A program made the translations under genes and the position numbers. The notes below the pieces were generated by a model that was not told the origin of the DNA, did not search any database, and saw only the letters and a program-made list of their open reading frames with translations. Positions 37,188-47,719 of a stretch of 64,000 nt of DNA are shown piece after piece; positions within the stretch are counted from its first letter, which is position 1; each line of letters starts with the position of its first letter. This stretch comes from a virus, in the IMG/VR virus record IMGVR_UViG_3300031521_000033, positions 30,210 through 94,209 of that record; one strand, 5' to 3'.

Positions 37188-39830
37188 TTAGTTTGACTTG
37201 CCAGAATTATAATTTATCTTGAATGATCCTGCTGTTACTAGTGTTACACTCAAGACATTATTATTAGTATAACCATATGTATAATCGGTAACATGTATTG
37301 CCTTTGACCAATTACCTTTCATATTAACTGTTAGTGCTAATGTATCTAATAAACATTGATCTGCTGAATAATTTTCTGATAATAAAAACCCTATTCCTAC
37401 TCCTGCTGCTGTACCTATAAAACTATTCCACTGTGCCTCGGTTATTGTTGATAATAATGATGCTGATATTCCATTTGTTTTTACTGCGGTTAAATCTGTT
37501 GGATCTATTGTTTCCCATGCTAGAGTTGTAAAATTAAATGTCTTATAGTTTATTAAATCTAATGATAATATCATCTTTATTGCTGCCCGAAGTGGATAAT
37601 TATCTGTATATACCGCTGTTGGTATTGTGAAATTAGACGTATGTAGACACTGACCTTCTAACACTAAAATCTCATCAAAATAACCTGTTTGATAAGGAGT
37701 AGAACCGCCTCGGAATCCTATAGCACTGCCTCCAAAATTACCATAATATATTCTTGCCGGAAGTATCCATGAATTAACTAAAACTCCATTTTTAAATATA
37801 TAAAGAGTTTTAGTTGCATCTTTATAATCTATTTCCCAATTAACCAATATATTTAATATAGATGCAATTGTACATATATTATATGAATTTATCATATCCC
37901 ATGCAGTTGTTGATGCAACACTAGAAACAAATAATTTAAAATTAGTACTATCACTATATCCAAAAAGTATTCCAGCATCATACGCATAAGATCCATTTAA
38001 ACTAAGCATTCCACTTCCTGATGGGCATGATGTTAATAATGTGTTTAAAGATATTGTAAAATCTTTTGTCGTATCCAATGTATAGTTAGGTAAACTTAAA
38101 TATGAACTACCATCTAAATACATTGCATTACCAAATTTACTATTAGCATCTGTAAGCCCTGCAATAAATGTTTTATTAACTACTGTTGAACTAATTGCAT
38201 CTGGTGTATAAGCTGTTGTATGAGTACATGTTCCTTTTATAAAATCAAAATCTGCAATCATACCTTGTATAGTACCTGGAGCAGACCAAGCATTAAATTC
38301 AGAACCACCAGCAGGATTATAATATATTCCAACTGAAAGTGTCCATGTGTTTAACAAAATACCTTCTCTAAATAGATATAGTTTTTTTGTAGTAACATCA
38401 TAGTCTATTTCCCATCGAACCCATACATTTAATGTTGTTGGTATTATTGCACTAACTTCATTCCAAGCTGTTCCACTATTAGATACATCTAAATATCTAT
38501 TTCCATTAGCATCTTTATATCCAAATAATAATCCACACCATTGTACTGGATTAGAATTTATAAAAAGTACTGCAGCTCCAGTTGTTCCAGCTCCTGTTAA
38601 ATACTCAGAAATTTTTAATGTAAAACTACCGGTTGTATCAGTTTTAGTACAATCATTTATTAGTATTGATTTGTTTGTTATGCTAAAGGTCTTGTTTTTG
38701 ACACCAGTAATATCTTTAACTGGAACGACACTATTCGTTCCAGTTATTAAAGTTGTTCCAGTTGGGATTATATCTTTTGTAGAATCTAATACTGCTGTAT
38801 CATTATCAAAATGTAATAATACTGCTGTTTTATTATGATCTGATATTGTAGTTGTCGCACTAGCAGATACTATATCATTAAATGTGTACATGCTTATTAA
38901 ATTTTTAGGTACTGCAATTTTATCCTGCGGAACTGTTGTTAATTGTATTGTTGGTCGTGTTTCCCCTGCTGTATCTTGCCAACATACTCTTTTTGGTCTA
39001 TTCACCCCCGTTGCAATTGCTTCTAAACTTGATTGTTTTGGTGGATAATATGTGCCGCTTGCTTGCATTAATGCTATTAATGCTGTATCATCCGCAGGTA
39101 TCCCTAAATCTACCCACGCACCACTTTTTATTGATTGATAATTTCCTGCTGTTAACTTAGCTAAAAAATATTTTTCATACGAATATGCTAAAGTTGGTGG
39201 TGTGAAAGCAGCAGCCCATCGTGCTACCCCTTTTGATATTCTAAATTCATCAATGTAGCCTGCAAATCCTTGAGTGAATGACGAGGTTGACACCATTAGA
39301 CCACCTAGAGTTGCCGTTCCAATAGAACTTGCTATCGCTGATGATGAAGCAGTAGTACTTTTTAATACCCCATTTTGATAGGACTTTATTGATGTTCCTG
39401 AACGAACAAGTGCATAATGTGTCCAGGCATTTAAAATTATTGTTCCCATTGTTACGCCATTGGCTATATCCCAACTTGAATTATTACTTGATAAATAATA
39501 AATCACATTTGAACCATTTGATTGCCCCACATAAAAAGGGTAGCCAGCGGATGTAATTGAGCTGTTAGCAAATACACCTTTGGTGCCTGAATCTGTTCTA
39601 TACTCCCACCAGTCTATTGTAAAATCCGCTGTGCCGAAGTCAAATCCAGTAAAAGATGGAGTTGCTAAATACTGACTAGTGCCATTAAGCAATAGTGATT
39701 TTCCTCCAAATTTACTCTGTGCGGTTGAGACGGTTGGAGTTCCTACACCTGTCCAAATTATACTACTTTCATCCGTAAAATCTGTATCAAAATGTAACAT
39801 TGTTCTTACATATTTATCTATTCCTGACAT
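37188..39830 (-). CDS. tail fibre/receptor-binding protein with repeated LamG/ConA-like domains
   Basis: LHFD...SKFGG...DFTID.W...W.H.A.VR...GYIDEFRISKG.AR; two further degenerate copies. Confidence 0.8.
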   Translation of the reverse strand: MSGIDKYVRTMLHFDTDFTDESSIIWTGVGTPTVSTAQSKFGGKSLLLNGTSQYLATPSFTGFDFGTADFTIDWWEYRTDSGTKGVFANSSITSAGYPFYVGQSNGSNVIYYLSSNNSSWDIANGVTMGTIILNAWTHYALVRSGTSIKSYQNGVLKSTTASSSAIASSIGTATLGGLMVSTSSFTQGFAGYIDEFRISKGVARWAAAFTPPTLAYSYEKYFLAKLTAGNYQSIKSGAWVDLGIPADDTALIALMQASGTYYPPKQSSLEAIATGVNRPKRVCWQDTAGETRPTIQLTTVPQDKIAVPKNLISMYTFNDIVSASATTTISDHNKTAVLLHFDNDTAVLDSTKDIIPTGTTLITGTNSVVPVKDITGVKNKTFSITNKSILINDCTKTDTTGSFTLKISEYLTGAGTTGAAVLFINSNPVQWCGLLFGYKDANGNRYLDVSNSGTAWNEVSAIIPTTLNVWVRWEIDYDVTTKKLYLFREGILLNTWTLSVGIYYNPAGGSEFNAWSAPGTIQGMIADFDFIKGTCTHTTAYTPDAISSTVVNKTFIAGLTDANSKFGNAMYLDGSSYLSLPNYTLDTTKDFTISLNTLLTSCPSGSGMLSLNGSYAYDAGILFGYSDSTNFKLFVSSVASTTAWDMINSYNICTIASILNILVNWEIDYKDATKTLYIFKNGVLVNSWILPARIYYGNFGGSAIGFRGGSTPYQTGYFDEILVLEGQCLHTSNFTIPTAVYTDNYPLRAAIKMILSLDLINYKTFNFTTLAWETIDPTDLTAVKTNGISASLLSTITEAQWNSFIGTAAGVGIGFLLSENYSADQCLLDTLALTVNMKGNWSKAIHVTDYTYGYTNNNVLSVTLVTAGSFKINYNSGKSN

Positions 39831-42119
39831 CTATATCTCAACTCCTACTTCAACCCTTTTAAATATTGTATCATCAATGTTACTGTCTATACTACATTGT
39901 CCCGTTCCTGTCCATGCTGAATTTAAAACCATTTGATAATTATAGATATTATTTAGGTGTGCTGTACCATCAAATGTAACATACGGGGATGTTTCACCAC
40001 TTACCCCATCAACTGTAAAACTTGCTCCATCTCCGGCAACAAATGTAAATTCTGTAACAACCTGTCCTTGTGCTCCTGCAATATATTTTAGTACTTCAAC
40101 TGGTGGTGATATAAATGTCAATGTATTATTTACAGTTATATTTACTAATGTTCCTGCTGCAATATTTGTTTCTGTTACTTGTTTCCAATCTCCAACTGTT
40201 GTTGATGTATTTATTGTCCTCCATTTTTCTGAACCAATGACCATATCTCCAACAAATGTTGATCCACTAATATGTGTTGAATTAGCTAAATATATAACAT
40301 CATTATAAATTACTGCCTCGTCTTTTGAATAACTCGTATTTGGTTGCCATAATGCAACAATTGCTCCTCGACTTGCAATGACATTCCAATATGCTGATTC
40401 TGTAATGTCATATGATGTTCCACTTGTATGTGCTATCATACATCTTATAATACTATTTCCATTTATTGTTATTTCATATTGACTATAATATCTTGTTGGT
40501 TGCCAATTTCCGATATACCCGATTGTTAATTCTTGCCAATCTGATAATGTAAATGTAGTTCCACTTGTATGTGCTGTTGTGCATTTATATAATTTATTAT
40601 CGTATGTAACCAGTTGATATAAAACATATGGTGTATTTATTGCCCACGTCGATGCTCCACCAACTATTGTTTTATTATCATATGTAAGATTACCATTTGT
40701 ATCTTCCCCAATTTTGTCTAATTCAGTTTTATTTGCATGAGTATGTTTATCTGCCCCAACTTCTTGTAGAGCATCTTCAACATTTGTTCCTGCAAAATAA
40801 CTTCCTGCATCTGTAATTGTTATATCATTTGCAGTATCTACCCCACCATTTGGGAATGCAATATCAAATGCACTCTGTACTTTATAGGCTGTTGTCGCCC
40901 CATTTAGCACAATTATTCGTCCAATTAATAATGCTTGAGATGATATTAACGATGGTAATACATTTGGCGGTATTGATGATTCTGCTTGTGCTTTTGTATA
41001 TTCTGCACTTCCTAATACAAGATAAATCTGATCTGTTCCAATATCTCGATAAATCCAATTTACATTGTACTTACCAGCATCTAATGTTGCCAGTGCTGTT
41101 CCATTATCGTATTGAGTATTATTATACTGCGTTACCGCTGTATACACCCAATTTGAACTTGAATGATAAAACTGCCATGTTGGTGCTGTCGATGATAGTA
41201 ATTCAGCTAAACTTATTGGTGTTAATGCAAACCATACAACTCCCAAACCAATCTGTATTAATCTTCCTGTAACTTCTGATATACCCAATCCACTTTCACG
41301 AGAAAATCTATCTGTGTCAGTTAATCTCTTTAATTCTTTTGATGCTGTCCCTTTTGCCGTATCATTCCAAGGTAATTTGCTTATAAAGTTACCCTGCCTA
41401 AATATTGATAATACAGGGATAATATCTTGATAAGTTATATCAACTTTATTAGCTAAATAATATTCCATTACTATATTAGGTGTTGTTCCAGTTAATCTTG
41501 CACATATGTAGTTAGTTGAATTATTAACTGGTGTTACTGTCTGTGCTACTCCTGTATAGCTTGCCAACGGTAATGCGGCTTCACCATCCGCATAAAAATT
41601 AAATACTCCCCCTGCAAATGTTATTGTTCCATTTCCATTATCTGTAACCGTTGGATAGGTTATAATTCCTGATTCTGTATAGTCATCTTTCCCAATTGTA
41701 TTTGCTAATGCTACATCTAATCCTGTGATGGCAGAAGTAGGGTGTGTATCAGCTGCACCCCTACCCTGTAAATCATTATGTATTCTAATTGCATCTGCAC
41801 CAACTGCTGAAAGTTTCCATACCACTGTTCCATCTGTAAATGTTGTTCCTTCAATTGATCCTGTTGGTTCAACAGTTCCACTTGTACCTGCTGTTGTACA
41901 TCTCCATACTCCCCAAAGTGGTATTGCAGTTGTTCTTACAATATCTTTTAGTGAATATGAAGTACCTGATTGCCACAATTTAAAATGTGCATTTGTTGAT
42001 GCATGTGCTACTGGTAATGCATTTGTATCGATATCATCCATCATTGTATTTAACTTTTCTCTGAGCGTTAAATCGGACGATTCTAATAACGTTAAACCTA
42101 AATTTGGTGTTGTTGTCAA
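39831..42119 (-). CDS. tail fibre protein with CBM5/12-like repeats
   Basis: TPNLGL N-terminus; four W...T.Y...V....C..AH.SG..W repeats. Confidence 0.75.
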   Translation of the reverse strand: MTTTPNLGLTLLESSDLTLREKLNTMMDDIDTNALPVAHASTNAHFKLWQSGTSYSLKDIVRTTAIPLWGVWRCTTAGTSGTVEPTGSIEGTTFTDGTVVWKLSAVGADAIRIHNDLQGRGAADTHPTSAITGLDVALANTIGKDDYTESGIITYPTVTDNGNGTITFAGGVFNFYADGEAALPLASYTGVAQTVTPVNNSTNYICARLTGTTPNIVMEYYLANKVDITYQDIIPVLSIFRQGNFISKLPWNDTAKGTASKELKRLTDTDRFSRESGLGISEVTGRLIQIGLGVVWFALTPISLAELLSSTAPTWQFYHSSSNWVYTAVTQYNNTQYDNGTALATLDAGKYNVNWIYRDIGTDQIYLVLGSAEYTKAQAESSIPPNVLPSLISSQALLIGRIIVLNGATTAYKVQSAFDIAFPNGGVDTANDITITDAGSYFAGTNVEDALQEVGADKHTHANKTELDKIGEDTNGNLTYDNKTIVGGASTWAINTPYVLYQLVTYDNKLYKCTTAHTSGTTFTLSDWQELTIGYIGNWQPTRYYSQYEITINGNSIIRCMIAHTSGTSYDITESAYWNVIASRGAIVALWQPNTSYSKDEAVIYNDVIYLANSTHISGSTFVGDMVIGSEKWRTINTSTTVGDWKQVTETNIAAGTLVNITVNNTLTFISPPVEVLKYIAGAQGQVVTEFTFVAGDGASFTVDGVSGETSPYVTFDGTAHLNNIYNYQMVLNSAWTGTGQCSIDSNIDDTIFKRVEVGVEI

Positions 42120-42134
42120 TTAATTCACTCCTTA

Positions 42135-45100
42135 TTACGGTAATACTGTACCAATGCTCTGCATACCACCATTAACTATTTTATAGTAAACCGTTATTTT
42201 ACTTTTATCTGGATTAAAATATGACTGCAAAATAGTTCCATTTGGTAATGACAATTCAACTAAATCCGTATGCACCGCATTTACATCTATTATTCGATTT
42301 GATATAAAATATCTCTGTGGTATCCACGAGTTACCGTCTTTATCCATAATAGAATTAGCAGTATGATCCACAACTCTGCTACCGATAATAAACATTGGTT
42401 CATCTGAATAATTTACTAATATTTCAGATGATGAATAATCACCAGGGGGTAAAAATAACTTATCCGCAGTTCCGTATGAATTTATATATGTTGATATATT
42501 ACCTGCCTGATATTCTTCCTCCGTAAATATTCCAACAATGGATGGTGGTTGCATTTTTATATTTGTTTCTTGTGCGAATAATGATATAATACCATTTCTA
42601 TTTGTGTATACTTTGATATTAATTGGTTCATCCATTGCTGTTGGAAAATCGGAACATCTCTGTGTCCATGTATAGCTAAATGCCTGATAGCTTTTAATTG
42701 GGTAGTTATCATTTACAGTATTATATGTCATTCGTGTACTATTGTTTATTTTCAAACTATCCGGCAAAACTTGAAATGATTTCATATTATTTAAAATGTC
42801 CCTAGTTATATTATACCCTATATCTGTGTAAAAGTCAAGTGTTTTATTACTAGTTGACAATCTAACTAAATAATTACAGCCACTTTCAATTTCCTGATTT
42901 GATTCTTTTGCATACTGTTCAGTAAATTTATCCTGTGCCTCCATTACCAATACAAATCCATATGTAGATCCTCTTGAAACATTTTCATATAGCCCACCAG
43001 TATATCCATAATCTACAACATCTAAATAAGGTGAATATGTAGTATAATCATCTGATATTGTTGAATCGTCTTCTCCAACTCCTGTTAATCCATCTGCAAC
43101 TAGGGTTTTTGTCTGTACTATTGCATATGAACTAGGATATGCTTTTATTAGCAATGTTTTTGGTGGACTTGGTCTATTTGATCTATCGGTAGTTTCAATT
43201 GTAACAATTTTTGTATTGTCAAAATCCTCTGTTTCGTTTACACTTGCAGTCGTTATATTATACTGTTCAGTTGTGTATAATCCATTTTTACATACATATG
43301 TTTCTCCTGTAACATTTCTCATATAATCAGATCTCAAGAAAAATACTAAAGAATTTTTATTATGAGATGTTTTTACAGTATCGCATGCTCCTCTGATAAT
43401 GGAATATAATTTATAATTACCATTTGGTAGAATACTAATACCACGACATAACATTATTTCATCATCAATTTGAACCAATGTAGAAAATGCATAAATATCC
43501 TCTGAATTAACATAATTTGCAGGATCTAAATAATCATATGCATTAATTAATCTTTCAATTACATTACCATTTCCCATTTCAGTTACTTCTAATACTGTAT
43601 CAGCTAGTCCACTTGGAACAGGACTTGCTGCATTAGTTCTTAGGAAATAATTTGGTGCATGATCAGATACATCTACTTGCAATTCTGCTATTGCTGACCA
43701 TACAGATGTTTGATTAGTTGTAGTAAATTCAGTCCAACCTTGTGCTTTTCTCCATACATTCCACAATGTAGTAATTGCAGTTGGTCTTGAAGCTAATGCT
43801 GATACATACGTATTTCGACTCTTTGTTAATTCATATGGTAATTCTTTAAATCCATATATAGAGACTCCTGTAGGGTATAATATTATTTCATTCCACCCAC
43901 TACCTGTTGCTGTTGTGTATGATTGTGTGTTAAACCCAAATACATCCTCAATTGCAGATATCTTTATTGAATTTGCATTTAATTCCCCCAACTCAACTGA
44001 TGTTGTCCTCATAACCATATTAGCTACTCCATATATATCCCAATTGAGTAAAAATGGTGATCCAATTCTAAGGTAACTTAATGTTCGATTTGCTTCTATA
44101 TTTACAGATGCAAGTGGATACCCATTTGATGTCTGTTCTCTTACTGCCGCCGCAACAACATTTTTAACAACTGTAAAGAACGGATATTCATAACTCTTTG
44201 TTGAAACCGTATCCGTTATTTTAATATTAGCTGGATCATTATACGGAATAGTGCTATTTTCATAGTCATTTGTTGAATCTGTAAATTGTATGGAAGTTGT
44301 TGATACTGTTTCAGACCAATCCAACCTTGTAAATTCGCACGAAACACAATTTGAAGTATTTGCAACGGGTAAACTTTTTACATCATAGTCATTTCTAATG
44401 AGTTTAAATGTTAGTTTTCCTGTAGTTGGTTCTACGTATTTTACTCCATTTATATGTGTCATTATCTTATCAATTAAATCTGCCGATTTTATTACATCAT
44501 TTATTTGACCAGATATTCCCAATTCCTCATCTTTGCATGTTTGCCCAAGAGCCATCAATGAATCAATATCTAAATCATTTGTATCTTCATTTAATGCCCA
44601 ATCTGCATTTGTATAAATATCATATAATACTTCTGCCGGATTTGCCTCTAACCCAATTGCTTCAAATCCTAATTTATTTGGGATATTTACAACTTCAACC
44701 CACGTCTCTGGTATGGATGACTGTTTCCCTATATATGCTTTTGGTACAACTATTGTAAGAAATTTTCTATATAGTGGAGTTAGTCCCCGTAATGACGTTT
44801 GAATTGAACTTGCATTCATCTGTGATATCATCCACGGATCGGCTGTTTGATACTCATCACCAAAATATATACGCATATCACCAACAAATCCACCACCTTC
44901 ATCAACTCCACCAAACAGATCTGGTTTGTTAATGTGGGCAACTACACCCCCGTGATTATTTGGCTTTGTAGCAACGCTGCTGGACCATATTGCCGCCATA
45001 TCTGATTCTTCTGTGACAGTACTATATGCATTCATCCATATACTTTTAATGCCAATATTATCTCCTGTCCAGCATACCATAAACTGATAACCTAGATAAT

Positions 45101-45578
45101 ATTTAAATCCTTTTTGAATTGTTGTTTTCAGCATCCTTCCATTTATGAGCCATGATAATAACCATGTAAACAATGCATTGATTAATGGACCTGTCAAATC
45201 ATCTTTAACTGTTCCCGGACCCGATGTTGACCCTACCCCTCCAGTAGTGGATACAGGTTGACCAGGATTTGAATGTCCAGTTATTACACTTGAAATATAT
45301 GAAATTATTAAGGAAAAAACTAAAGCTTTAGCATTAAAGGAAGAATGTGCTGAATATTCTTCGGTGTACGCCCTTGATGAGAAGTCCCCAAAGTAGGCTA
45401 CAAGAGGACTTTTTATCATTGCCCTACCAAATACTACTGGAACACTATTTCCTATCTTTGTTGCCCCTTCTGTAACGTTTAAATCAGATGGATCTTCACT
45501 GCTTGCTGTTGATCTCTTATTTACAAATGCCATTGCAAGTGTGGATAAAGACCATCCAAGTAGATTATTTATATTCAA
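42135..45578 (-). CDS. central tail tip/host-specificity protein
   Basis: VPVVFG, GFKYYLG, LFGG..EGG..G, ANPA..Y...W, G....KLIR.DY, RG..DT...H motifs of D3112/chi-type tail tip proteins. Confidence 0.8.
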   Translation of the reverse strand: MNINNLLGWSLSTLAMAFVNKRSTASSEDPSDLNVTEGATKIGNSVPVVFGRAMIKSPLVAYFGDFSSRAYTEEYSAHSSFNAKALVFSLIISYISSVITGHSNPGQPVSTTGGVGSTSGPGTVKDDLTGPLINALFTWLLSWLINGRMLKTTIQKGFKYYLGYQFMVCWTGDNIGIKSIWMNAYSTVTEESDMAAIWSSSVATKPNNHGGVVAHINKPDLFGGVDEGGGFVGDMRIYFGDEYQTADPWMISQMNASSIQTSLRGLTPLYRKFLTIVVPKAYIGKQSSIPETWVEVVNIPNKLGFEAIGLEANPAEVLYDIYTNADWALNEDTNDLDIDSLMALGQTCKDEELGISGQINDVIKSADLIDKIMTHINGVKYVEPTTGKLTFKLIRNDYDVKSLPVANTSNCVSCEFTRLDWSETVSTTSIQFTDSTNDYENSTIPYNDPANIKITDTVSTKSYEYPFFTVVKNVVAAAVREQTSNGYPLASVNIEANRTLSYLRIGSPFLLNWDIYGVANMVMRTTSVELGELNANSIKISAIEDVFGFNTQSYTTATGSGWNEIILYPTGVSIYGFKELPYELTKSRNTYVSALASRPTAITTLWNVWRKAQGWTEFTTTNQTSVWSAIAELQVDVSDHAPNYFLRTNAASPVPSGLADTVLEVTEMGNGNVIERLINAYDYLDPANYVNSEDIYAFSTLVQIDDEIMLCRGISILPNGNYKLYSIIRGACDTVKTSHNKNSLVFFLRSDYMRNVTGETYVCKNGLYTTEQYNITTASVNETEDFDNTKIVTIETTDRSNRPSPPKTLLIKAYPSSYAIVQTKTLVADGLTGVGEDDSTISDDYTTYSPYLDVVDYGYTGGLYENVSRGSTYGFVLVMEAQDKFTEQYAKESNQEIESGCNYLVRLSTSNKTLDFYTDIGYNITRDILNNMKSFQVLPDSLKINNSTRMTYNTVNDNYPIKSYQAFSYTWTQRCSDFPTAMDEPINIKVYTNRNGIISLFAQETNIKMQPPSIVGIFTEEEYQAGNISTYINSYGTADKLFLPPGDYSSSEILVNYSDEPMFIIGSRVVDHTANSIMDKDGNSWIPQRYFISNRIIDVNAVHTDLVELSLPNGTILQSYFNPDKSKITVYYKIVNGGMQSIGTVLP

Positions 45579-45603
45579 GTATTATCACTTCCTTATATTT
45601 ACA

Positions 45604-46482
45604 TTAAAGGCTAATTTTCCCAACTGCACAATCTGTATCTCTAATTACCATTGAGTTGTCGATCCAGTACTGTCCCCCACCTAGTTTATTCTTAACGCTG
45701 TCAGTAGGAGGGCAATAACATACACCCGTAAAATTATCTGTATTATGAAACTTTTCCGCACACATTGTAAATAGACCATTACATCCCAATGATACTGTAA
45801 ATATACCTGTTATTGCTGATGTTGCAAAAGGATACTTAACTGTAACTGATCCAACTTTCTTGCTTGCCGTCACACATCTTATGTTAGAATCAAGCCTCAA
45901 TATTCCACCAATAAGATAATCATCATCAAATTGTTTAAGGTCATCTGAATATAATGTTAATCCTTTTATATCTGATATTCTGCAAGTTGTTGTAAAATTA
46001 CTTTCTGTTAATCCACATATATGATCATAAATAACATTATTACAATAATATTGTAACTTACCACGAGGAACTTCTTTTTCCAGATAGTTTTCAATTGTAA
46101 CTGTTATTTCTGCCTGTACCGCACTAAACTTTACCTGACTTACTCTACCTCGCATAATTGTATCAATATCTGACGTATCTGACCCATGTATTCTAAATAT
46201 CGATAATTTTACTTTTCCCTGTTCCGGCGGCGCACCATGATATAAAATTGCAACGTTATTATTTAGTTCTGTATATACCGTTATCGTTTCCATCCCGGTT
46301 GGCTTTATTGACGACCGCTGAATAAACTGTGAATAGAATACCTCTTGTTCTCCATCTACTGATAATGTTATATCATGATCTGCTGATGTATAATTATAAT
46401 TTATACCATTGTAACTAAATCTGTAACACTCAAATGGGTTTCCATCATACTCCGAATACTCATATGTTTGCAAATTACTCAT
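45604..46482 (-). CDS. DUF2163 / BR0599-family tail tip protein
   Basis: E.S...G.P.E.Y.F, YTSAD, C...YD..CG, GC.....C..KF.N..NF.G. Confidence 0.85.
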   Translation of the reverse strand: MSNLQTYEYSEYDGNPFECYRFSYNGINYNYTSADHDITLSVDGEQEVFYSQFIQRSSIKPTGMETITVYTELNNNVAILYHGAPPEQGKVKLSIFRIHGSDTSDIDTIMRGRVSQVKFSAVQAEITVTIENYLEKEVPRGKLQYYCNNVIYDHICGLTESNFTTTCRISDIKGLTLYSDDLKQFDDDYLIGGILRLDSNIRCVTASKKVGSVTVKYPFATSAITGIFTVSLGCNGLFTMCAEKFHNTDNFTGVCYCPPTDSVKNKLGGGQYWIDNSMVIRDTDCAVGKISL

Positions 46483-46485
46483 TGA

Positions 46486-47709
46486 TCATATCTCCTTCAT
46501 TGCCAAAGTTACATTTGCAATTGTTGTTGTACTATACTTTACTTCAAGTTCATCTGATGTCAATCTGTAACGACATAAATATGAAACCATTTTTATATTA
46601 TTAATATTTATACTTTCATCTAATCCTGACATCAATAATTTTCCATGCACCACGCCATCTATATCTGTATATGTTGTATATGCTGTAATATTATATATTC
46701 TTGTTGTATAATCTTCTAAAAATATTATAATTGTCTTTCTGTTTTTATTTGATGCGTAATATAAATAATACTGACTGAACTCAACCGATATGTAAGAAGA
46801 ACCATTTACAATGTCTTTATCTATATTTAGATCATTAAGCCATGTTGGTGCATAAAACGGAATTAATTGCCCCTTAACCCTAAAAAAGAATCTTTCTATA
46901 TTATCTGCTTCCTCTAACTGTGTTGTCATAATATCCATACTTCGATGTTCAGATATTATGGTACTTTTTACATAGTATGAAAATGGACCTGTTTCATTAT
47001 CCAGTTTGTCTGCATTTTTTGTATGCCCTAAAGATATGTCATCCCCCCATGTTGGTTCAATATTCAATATCTCTAAGGCATTATATTTTTCATCCATCGT
47101 ATAGGTCGGCCTATCCGGTGTATATGATATATTAGTAGTATAATCATAGAAAGCAGGTATTGATGGAAATGTAGGATCAACAATTATCTCAAAATTCATT
47201 GTCATATTTGTATCATTTGAAAACATCGCCGCCATACTGTCTTCTGGCTGTACAACTGCCTGCATAACGGGAAGTACCATATTTCCGGCCTCTTTAACAG
47301 AAGATATATATTTCTTAACCCTAATACTGCCGTCTTGGTTATATGCTAATATATCATAGTATGCCCCTGATGAAGCACTACTGTCCCCATAATAAAACCA
47401 ACATGAACTTGATCCTCTAAATCCCCATAACCTTTTTGGTGGTACTTTTAAATAGAACGCCCCCACCGCAATATCTTCGCGTAGTTCAGTTGCCCTGTGC
47501 CACATTGGTATATACATAACGCTATTTTGCTGATTTGATGTGAGCATTCTCAAATACTGTGCTTCCCACGCAGCGGTACTTGTATACTTATATGACAGAT
47601 ATCGTCTTGGTATGGATCGTAATGCACTACGTTGCTCACTACCATCAAAGGCTGTTATAATGTCCGTCTTAAACTGAAATTTCTCAACTATCTGATCTTC
47701 ATCTGCCAT
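46486..47709 (-). CDS. tail (distal tail-like) structural protein
   Basis: E....TD....DG.EQR..LR..PRR; G....FY.PTW; RL.SD. Confidence 0.7.
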   Translation of the reverse strand: MADEDQIVEKFQFKTDIITAFDGSEQRSALRSIPRRYLSYKYTSTAAWEAQYLRMLTSNQQNSVMYIPMWHRATELREDIAVGAFYLKVPPKRLWGFRGSSSCWFYYGDSSASSGAYYDILAYNQDGSIRVKKYISSVKEAGNMVLPVMQAVVQPEDSMAAMFSNDTNMTMNFEIIVDPTFPSIPAFYDYTTNISYTPDRPTYTMDEKYNALEILNIEPTWGDDISLGHTKNADKLDNETGPFSYYVKSTIISEHRSMDIMTTQLEEADNIERFFFRVKGQLIPFYAPTWLNDLNIDKDIVNGSSYISVEFSQYYLYYASNKNRKTIIIFLEDYTTRIYNITAYTTYTDIDGVVHGKLLMSGLDESININNIKMVSYLCRYRLTSDELEVKYSTTTIANVTLAMKEI

Positions 47710-47719
47710 TTTATACCTC

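Noticed and set aside
12373-39474. Nested minus-strand alternative-frame ORFs (12373..12567, 31765..31950, 36524..36760, 39250..39474)
   Set aside because: No convincing RBS or motif; 36524..36760 was considered as an embedded o-spanin but has no signal peptide or lipobox
37188-42119. Diversity-generating retroelement or invertible tail-fibre system
   Set aside because: No reverse transcriptase, invertase or near-identical TR/VR nucleotide pair seen; the repeats are diverged protein-domain duplications
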